Source: Candidatus Poribacteria bacterium
GTDB lineage: Bacteria > Poribacteria > WGA-4E > WGA-3G
Assembly: GCA_965205015.1 (NCBI GenBank)
Contig: OZ242029.1
Span: 3,840,001 to 3,904,000, forward strand
Length of the DNA stretch: 64,000 bases
Direction of reading: 5' to 3'
Within the stretch, counting starts at the first letter, position 1. Every line of letters starts with the position of its first letter. Made by a program: the position numbers and the translations under genes. Under the pieces are notes generated by a model, which saw nothing but the letters and a program-made list of their open reading frames with translations, had not been told where the DNA came from and searched no databases. Positions 57,834-64,000 of this stretch are shown here, piece by piece.

Positions 57834-59867
57834 TCATGATGGCAGCGCAAAATAACCGATGCCTGTGAAGAAACCAACTATCATCCAGAGTCCCACCATC
57901 ACGTACTCGCCGAAAATCAGACCGAACGCGACGGGTCGAATCTTTCGATACGTTGTGGCACCGCCAAACTTAAGTGCCATATATTTAATGAACCACCCGA
58001 TCAAAATTGACGACCAGAGGTGAAAAGGTGGATACGTTGCGCCGAGAAGGTAACCGATTGGATGCAGAGACCACCAGACAAAATTCTGCCGCATCCAGAG
58101 CATAAACCCCGTAAACCCCGCCCCCGCAATCATACTGTAGACCTCATCCCATTTCGTCTCAATAGGGAATTGGATGAGGCTGCTCATCCGTTGAAAATAG
58201 TTACGCGGCGCGACCACGAAAGCCCAACTCTGTAAAAACAGCGCGCCCTTGTCGTAAATTAGCGTCAACGAGGCGTAAACCGAAACGAGGAGTGCTACGA
58301 CAATTGAGACCCACAAAATCGGCATAATACGTCGACGAGCGAGTTTCACCTCATCTGCTGCTTTGAAACTGTGTAGAAAGTTTGGCATCATAAATTCGCC
58401 CCAATCGCGTAGGAAGGTACGTTGGAAACTCAGGATCGCAAGACTCTTATGTCCTAATGCGTTGGACCCTAAAGTAATATCAATATATTCAGAAGGGAAA
58501 AAAGGAGCCTGCACCAGCAACAGTCCCCCGTTAACCACCATCCAAGACAAAACGATTGATGTGATAAAGATGGAGAGCAGCGTCACGACCGCAACCCATG
58601 TTGTTACACCCGCGACGACTAAAAACACAACGAGAACGATAAACCCTAAGAGAAATCCAAGCAGTGCCACGCGATACGAGACGGGTTCGTTTGAATCGTC
58701 TATTGATTGACCTCCTGTGGTGGAGTGGCTCGCCCTTGCGTGTCCGAGACCAAACGTTTTCCTAAAAACTGTTATGATGTGTTCACGCCCGATCCAGAAA
58801 ACGGCGGGAACAAAAACGAGATAACCGCCCATAACTTGACGGCTACAGCTAATCCATGGACCGATGCTGAGTCCGATCGCGTTCATGATGATATACTGGA
58901 GTTTGAAAAAGAGATAGAAGAACCAGAGGCTAAACGAAACCTCAAGTGTGAGTAAAGAGGCGATCCCGATGACGGAAAAATAGATGACGAACCGCATCGC
59001 GGGCCACCATCCGAGTGTATGCCACGGTTTCTCAGTGAAGACGGTGTAGATATTGTAAATGAGTGGGATCTCCGGCACCCTCGGAAAATGCGCATGCAAC
59101 CCGTTGATAAGGTGCAACACCACCGGCAGTATCATTCCTGCCCAAAGGAGTCTGTTTTTGAAAAAGGTATTGAGGAGTGTGCCGCGCGCCGGTTCAGCAG
59201 CGAGCTGTATCGGAATCTGAATTAAGGGAAACGAAAACCTTTCACGTTCTACCCACTGTTTCCGGAGGATTGTGGAAAGGCAGAGGGTCGTGAAATAGAA
59301 GACGAAAACGAAAAGCCCCCAAACAAGTAGTGGCTTGAGCCAGAGCATCCACGGAACGCTTTCACCCGGAGAAATCCCTTCATAGAAGTCTATGACCGCG
59401 TGCGGTTCCGTGACGACGAGCCATTCTGGGACGTGTGGATGGAGCGTTTCTGACCAATCGTTCTCCGTCGTCGCAAAGTACTGCAGTGCCACAAGAGATG
59501 GAAGCAGAAACTGCAACAACCCCATTGACGGGATGCCGACTGCGACGATTAGCATCATCCAGACAACGGTTAATTCAAGCGCAGAAAAGGCGAAACGCCC
59601 GTTCCGCATCAATTTACGCAACGGTACATTGACGAGGAACACCAAAATGAGAATCCCGAAGATTGAACCAACAGGGAGGTGATTGCCTGCGATCTTGGTA
59701 TTTTGTAGGAAATAGTTGTTGTAGGGTGTGATTGCACACATGGCCCCTATCAAAAGCAGTCCTACGAGAATAGCAGGAAACCGGATTTTTTGGTTTTTTA
59801 ACGCTTGGGGTTCGGTTCCGATTTTTCCGTTGTTAAAATCGGGGTTTTGGGGCGCATTTAGCAACAT
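57834..59867 (-). CDS. OPT-like polytopic membrane transporter (DUF6785 + DUF6784)
   Basis: LRKQWVERERFSFPLIQIP, WWSLHPIGY, RPVAFGLIFGE; paralog of 43170-45095. Confidence 0.8.
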   Translation of the reverse strand: MLLNAPQNPDFNNGKIGTEPQALKNQKIRFPAILVGLLLIGAMCAITPYNNYFLQNTKIAGNHLPVGSIFGILILVFLVNVPLRKLMRNGRFAFSALELTVVWMMLIVAVGIPSMGLLQFLLPSLVALQYFATTENDWSETLHPHVPEWLVVTEPHAVIDFYEGISPGESVPWMLWLKPLLVWGLFVFVFYFTTLCLSTILRKQWVERERFSFPLIQIPIQLAAEPARGTLLNTFFKNRLLWAGMILPVVLHLINGLHAHFPRVPEIPLIYNIYTVFTEKPWHTLGWWPAMRFVIYFSVIGIASLLTLEVSFSLWFFYLFFKLQYIIMNAIGLSIGPWISCSRQVMGGYLVFVPAVFWIGREHIITVFRKTFGLGHARASHSTTGGQSIDDSNEPVSYRVALLGFLLGFIVLVVFLVVAGVTTWVAVVTLLSIFITSIVLSWMVVNGGLLLVQAPFFPSEYIDITLGSNALGHKSLAILSFQRTFLRDWGEFMMPNFLHSFKAADEVKLARRRIMPILWVSIVVALLVSVYASLTLIYDKGALFLQSWAFVVAPRNYFQRMSSLIQFPIETKWDEVYSMIAGAGFTGFMLWMRQNFVWWSLHPIGYLLGATYPPFHLWSSILIGWFIKYMALKFGGATTYRKIRPVAFGLIFGEYVMVGLWMIVGFFTGIGYFALPS

Positions 59868-59887
59868 CGGTTATCGGTCATCGAACA

Positions 59888-61348
59888 TCAGGCTTCGTCT
59901 CTCACTGAGGGACGATAGAGACAGGTTTCCGCATCGACAACACGCCCATCAGGGAGTGTATACTGATTCGGAGTGCCTCGACCCCACGGCTCTTTGAAAT
60001 CTCGGCTTCTCTCTCTATCCACTGCTATCTGTTCCTCAACAGATTTCCATGAGAATCCATCCATGAGTTGATGATGGAGAGATGCCTCCACTTCTTGGGA
60101 TGCTGCTTGACCTGCGAGATTCTCAAATTCACCCGGGTCTGTTTCTAAATCAAAGAGAATGGATTCATCTTCAGGGAAGGCAACATATTTATAGCGAGGC
60201 GTTCGGAGCATACGCATCGGTCCGGTGGTTTGGTTCGACCAGTATTCGGTGATCGCAGTGTTACGCCACCCTTCAGTGTCACCTGTCATAAGATTCGTCA
60301 GTGCTGCGCCATCTAAATCTTCGGGGACAGGAATACCGGCGCTGGTACAGAGCGTTGGGAAGAGGTCGTTTAGCTCGACAGGGGCAGTGACTCGCTCTCC
60401 GTGTGACTGCGGTAGGTGTCTATCCCATACGATTAAAGGCACCCGTGCGGCTGCTTCATAGTAACTTGATTTCCACCACTGTCCGTGTTCTCCTGCCATT
60501 TCACCGTGATCGGTCGTATAAACGATGATAGTGTTATCCAGTAAACCATCGCGTTCTAAAAGTGTGAGCAGATCTCCAACGGTCTCATCAAGGAACTCGC
60601 AACAGGCATAGTAGGCTGCGCGCGCTTTGCGAGCTTCTTCGGTTGGGATTTCATCCGTCTTGAAGTTGTCTCGTAAACCTTTCGCGAAGCGGTGCGTCTG
60701 TTCCAAGTGTCCCTCTGGAACGTTCGGCATATCGATATTATCGGGCCAATACTTATCGAAAAGTCGCTTGGGTGCCGTGAGGGGAAAATGTGGACGGCTG
60801 TAACTTGCCAGCAGGAACCATGGCTGTCCCGAGGGTTGTGATCTTAAGTATTCAAGCGTTTCCGTATTGATAACCCGTTCTTGTAGCATACTGGTCGGAA
60901 TTTCGGTGATTCCAGCGAGTCGCGTGCGTTGTCGTGTACCAGATGGCGTCTTCAAAGGATCTGTTTGGTGCCCAGCATATCCACGTAAATCGCCGTAGGG
61001 GCGAGACTGGAAACCGTTGTTCTGCTCTTTTCCACCGAAGTGCATCTTTCCAACGAGTGCGGTCGCATAACCGTGCTGCGCGAAATGTGCGGGCATCGTG
61101 AGGTGTTCAGGAAACAGGACGGATCCGTTATTCCATGCTGAACATCGATGGGCATATTTTCCGGTTAGCATACACATCCGGGAGGGAGTGCAGAGCGGAA
61201 CTTGGCAGTAGGCACTTTCAAAATAGGTGCCAGATTTAGCGAGCTGGTCAAGATTTGGTGTTTGGACAATGTCATTGCCTTTACATCCTATGGCATGCGG
61301 ACTGTGTTCATCGCTCATCAAAAATAGGATATTCGGTTTTTGAGCCAT
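59888..61348 (-). CDS. Cys-type sulfatase
   Basis: SDEH, CTPSRMCMLTG, GKMH, PHFP, TDHGE, WWKSSYYE. Confidence 0.92.
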   Translation of the reverse strand: MAQKPNILFLMSDEHSPHAIGCKGNDIVQTPNLDQLAKSGTYFESAYCQVPLCTPSRMCMLTGKYAHRCSAWNNGSVLFPEHLTMPAHFAQHGYATALVGKMHFGGKEQNNGFQSRPYGDLRGYAGHQTDPLKTPSGTRQRTRLAGITEIPTSMLQERVINTETLEYLRSQPSGQPWFLLASYSRPHFPLTAPKRLFDKYWPDNIDMPNVPEGHLEQTHRFAKGLRDNFKTDEIPTEEARKARAAYYACCEFLDETVGDLLTLLERDGLLDNTIIVYTTDHGEMAGEHGQWWKSSYYEAAARVPLIVWDRHLPQSHGERVTAPVELNDLFPTLCTSAGIPVPEDLDGAALTNLMTGDTEGWRNTAITEYWSNQTTGPMRMLRTPRYKYVAFPEDESILFDLETDPGEFENLAGQAASQEVEASLHHQLMDGFSWKSVEEQIAVDRERSRDFKEPWGRGTPNQYTLPDGRVVDAETCLYRPSVRDEA

Positions 61349-61503
61349 TAATTCAAAAAATCTCCTTTTTCCTGTTCATCGCCGTTTCAAGAAGTAATTC
61401 GATCTCATCTCTCCGCTTTAGTTTACACGACTTCGCATCAATGTGCAAGTGGATTTTAAGTGAGGTAGAAATATGGAACTACGTTAACTGGCGGATTACA
61501 CGT

Positions 61504-61552
61504 TAATCTTTCTTATCCTGAAAATCCATTAATCCTGCCAATCCTGATTCAG
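61504..61552. repeat. AATCCTG-type short repeat overlapping the 3' end of the GHL10 gene
   Basis: ATCCTGAAAATCCATTAATCCTGCCAATCCTGATTCAGAC; reverse complement GTCTGAATCAGGATT occurs at ~13094. Confidence 0.6.
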
Positions 61553-63565
61553 ACGAGAAGAAACATGCGCCGGTTGTGTTTTGGACTTCGCTACGCCCAT
61601 TCCGAGTGCAGGTAACACAGTCTCGGAGATATCGAGGGAATAGTCAAAAATTGTCCACCCCGAAGCCCCTAAGACACGCGAGCGATAAATCTGCTCAATC
61701 ACCGCATCTGGGGTCAACAGCGAATTCGTGGCAGTGGCACCAATACCCGGATAAATGGCTACCCCTTTCGGCATCAAGGCGAGTTGGTTGGCTAATAACG
61801 CCGTAAAATAGTTTGTATCTTCTGTATAGTTCATCGGGCATACGAAATCGACATACCCCGCCTTTGCCCACGCGATCCAGTCTTGTCCGATAGAAGTAAC
61901 ACACGCTGGATAACCTCCGAAGACGGCTGTAGAAAGCTTGATGTTAGGGTTCACCTCTCGCAAGCGTTTGTGTAGCAAGCGAACCAGACGGGTGATTTGC
62001 TGCGACCGCCACTGAATATACGTGTCGCTATAAATTCCCGTTTCGGGCAATACTGCCGTGGGCCATTCGTCAATCTGCTGTCGCGTCGTAAGCATGAATC
62101 TTTCACGGCACCCCTCACAGTAACACGCATGACTTCCGGGATAACGGATATAATCCAGATGGATGCCATCGACATCGTAATTCGTTACAATTTCCAGAAT
62201 GCTGTCCAATTCCAACTGAACATTTTTCGGGTGTGATGGACAGAGCCAATTGAGGGGTTTTCCGGTCGCCGAGACTTGGGTGCGTCTCTCTTTCCGCATT
62301 TTCTCAACGAATTCTTTCGGTGCCCCTTCCAAATTCCACGTAATCTTCCATACGTGCACCTCTAAACCGTGCTTGCGTGCTGCCGTGACACACTGTGCTA
62401 ACTGATCTCCATATTGCGTAAAGGTTTTGCTCTGCGGTAGGACGTTACTGGCATAATGCCCCACCCCTGCCCACGCCATGTTTGGGAGAATCATGTTCAC
62501 GCCTGCTGCTGCCAATTCTTTGGCAGACCGATCCCAATCGCCGGGATATGCCCCAAGTCCGGAATGGTTCCACACTGCACGCCCCTCGGTTTCACGGCTG
62601 ATATGCGACAAGAAATAGGCTTTTGAAAACGCCTCTCGGCTTGCACGTGCTGTCGTTATCGCAGTATTGTATGTCTTATTGTTATACTTCGAACGCGCCT
62701 TCTCCATCAAACGTTTTCCTGTTTCCAAAGCGTCTACCGCTTCTGGTATGCCGTTTCCGTGGACAAACATCGCCAACGCCTCAAGCCCATCTGTATGCCC
62801 CACAGCCGTCATCGTCGCTATAGCACGTTTGGCAAGGGGCTGTCGAAATTCTGGAACGAGATGTCCTAAGAGCGCAGCGAGAAGTCGTGTCTTGGTGAGG
62901 ATGTCGTCTGGGAGGAAGATGTGGCTGAAGAATACACCCGCTTCGCCCATAAAAAGCGCAGGCAAACCTGTCGATTCGCCTGCCATATTGTGCCAATACC
63001 CGATCACTTTCGTCTGGGGTGTTGTCGGTGTTGCGATTGTAATGTTCCACGATGCCTGTCTAATAGAGGTCGGCAGGTCAGGTATTTCGGGCGCACTCAG
63101 TTGAATGGAAGCAAACTGTCCGGGTGATTCCTCTTTTAGCCAATCCGTTTGCCGCAAACCTAATAACGGTGCGACCGTATCCGCTAAGCTATAGGTTACG
63201 AAGAGCTTACCACCACTCGCAACGAAATCTTTCAAAAGGTCTGTCGTCTGTGCTGACAGGACAGCATTCAATGGAAGCACGATTAATTTACGGGATTTGA
63301 GTTGCGTCTGAGAGAGCGATGATTCTTCAAAAGTATCTGTAGTGAACCCGATGGTGCCGAGCATTCGACTGAATCGCTTGGCGACAGAACGCGCATATTG
63401 AACGTCTCCATCCGATATACCGGACGTGGCTGTTGGTAAGACAATCGCAATCTGTGCTCGCTGTGAGGTGGCAGGGTTGCGTTCACCGATACACCAGAGG
63501 AGTGCACAGACAAGCAAGATGATCGTGAGACTGCGTTGTTTATTTGCGGTTTCGGTCAAAAACAT
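61529..63565 (-). CDS. Glycoside hydrolase-like family 10 (DUF187) protein with N-terminal GATase-like domain
   Basis: EGRAVW, GLEVHVW, WLCPSHP, YDVDGIHLDYIRYP, GQDW..W...G.VD...PMNY; signal peptide. Confidence 0.88.
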   Translation of the reverse strand: MFLTETANKQRSLTIILLVCALLWCIGERNPATSQRAQIAIVLPTATSGISDGDVQYARSVAKRFSRMLGTIGFTTDTFEESSLSQTQLKSRKLIVLPLNAVLSAQTTDLLKDFVASGGKLFVTYSLADTVAPLLGLRQTDWLKEESPGQFASIQLSAPEIPDLPTSIRQASWNITIATPTTPQTKVIGYWHNMAGESTGLPALFMGEAGVFFSHIFLPDDILTKTRLLAALLGHLVPEFRQPLAKRAIATMTAVGHTDGLEALAMFVHGNGIPEAVDALETGKRLMEKARSKYNNKTYNTAITTARASREAFSKAYFLSHISRETEGRAVWNHSGLGAYPGDWDRSAKELAAAGVNMILPNMAWAGVGHYASNVLPQSKTFTQYGDQLAQCVTAARKHGLEVHVWKITWNLEGAPKEFVEKMRKERRTQVSATGKPLNWLCPSHPKNVQLELDSILEIVTNYDVDGIHLDYIRYPGSHACYCEGCRERFMLTTRQQIDEWPTAVLPETGIYSDTYIQWRSQQITRLVRLLHKRLREVNPNIKLSTAVFGGYPACVTSIGQDWIAWAKAGYVDFVCPMNYTEDTNYFTALLANQLALMPKGVAIYPGIGATATNSLLTPDAVIEQIYRSRVLGASGWTIFDYSLDISETVLPALGMGVAKSKTQPAHVSSRLNQDWQD

Positions 63566-64000
63566 TACCTGTTCCCCTCAACATGAGTAGCGGCAAATTT
63601 AGGATTTTCACCTTTGGCAAGAGGTGTTTCCGCGGTTTTCCCCAAAAACCTCTCGATGCCCTGTGCAATAGCAGTGGCGATTTTATGTTGATATGCCGAT
63701 GTTGCGAGCTTTCGTCCTTCCGTTGGATTCGATATAAATCCGGTCTCGATGAGGATAGCAGGTACGTTTGTTCCGATCAATACGACAAACCGTGCGTGTT
63801 TGACCCCACGGTCGACTGCACCTGTGGCTTGCACCAATGTTTGTTGTACCTGTCTTGCCAATCGCTTACTATCTTCGCTTTTGCTCTCCTGTATGATTCC
63901 CTTTAGCAGCGTTTCCAGTTCTTGGATGCTGTAGCCGGAGTCCGCATTTTCTCGGGCCGCAATATCTGCTGAGGCTTTGTCCGTACTGGTAACGCTCAGA
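63565..64000 (-). CDS. N-acetylmuramoyl-L-alanine amidase (Amidase_3), C-terminal part (5' truncated by window)
   Basis: AARENA, DRGVKHARFVVL....PAILIETGFISNP.E..L. Confidence 0.92.
   Translation of the reverse strand, partial: LSVTSTDKASADIAARENADSGYSIQELETLLKGIIQESKSEDSKRLARQVQQTLVQATGAVDRGVKHARFVVLIGTNVPAILIETGFISNPTEGRKLATSAYQHKIATAIAQGIERFLGKTAETPLAKGENPKFAATHVEGNR

Overview
A 64 kb gene-dense bacterial chromosomal segment, most likely from Candidatus Poribacteria or a close relative. This is an inference from a secreted protein ending in the LAVEAxxKLATTWGxLK tail, a WD40/dockerin protein with the NYPNPFNPETWIPY C-terminal domain, four PhyH dioxygenases, three sulfatase-fold enzymes and two OPT-like DUF6785/DUF6784 transporters. 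It carries housekeeping genes (pncB, accC, accB, efp, rdgB, rph, purL, purQ), an ECF sigma/anti-sigma/TPR operon, an RsbW-STAS-PP2C partner-switching module next to DUF58/vWA genes, and many secreted beta-propeller/TPR proteins. No rRNA, tRNA, CRISPR array or transposase was seen. Three things stand out. (1) There is a layered set of small repeats: an ~85-90 nt element (GTAG-hairpin ... CCGCAAGG ... AATTAAAA) that ends directly at start or stop codons, a TTAA-ended MITE, heptamer and octamer arm elements, and REP-like hairpins, some inserted in frame inside proteins. (2) A UvrD/PcrA-like helicase has an internal GIY-YIG nuclease and no 2B domain, and lies next to an HNH toxin-antitoxin-like pair. 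(3) A sulfatase-fold enzyme has Thr in place of the formylglycine Cys. All product calls come from motif recognition by eye, not database searches.
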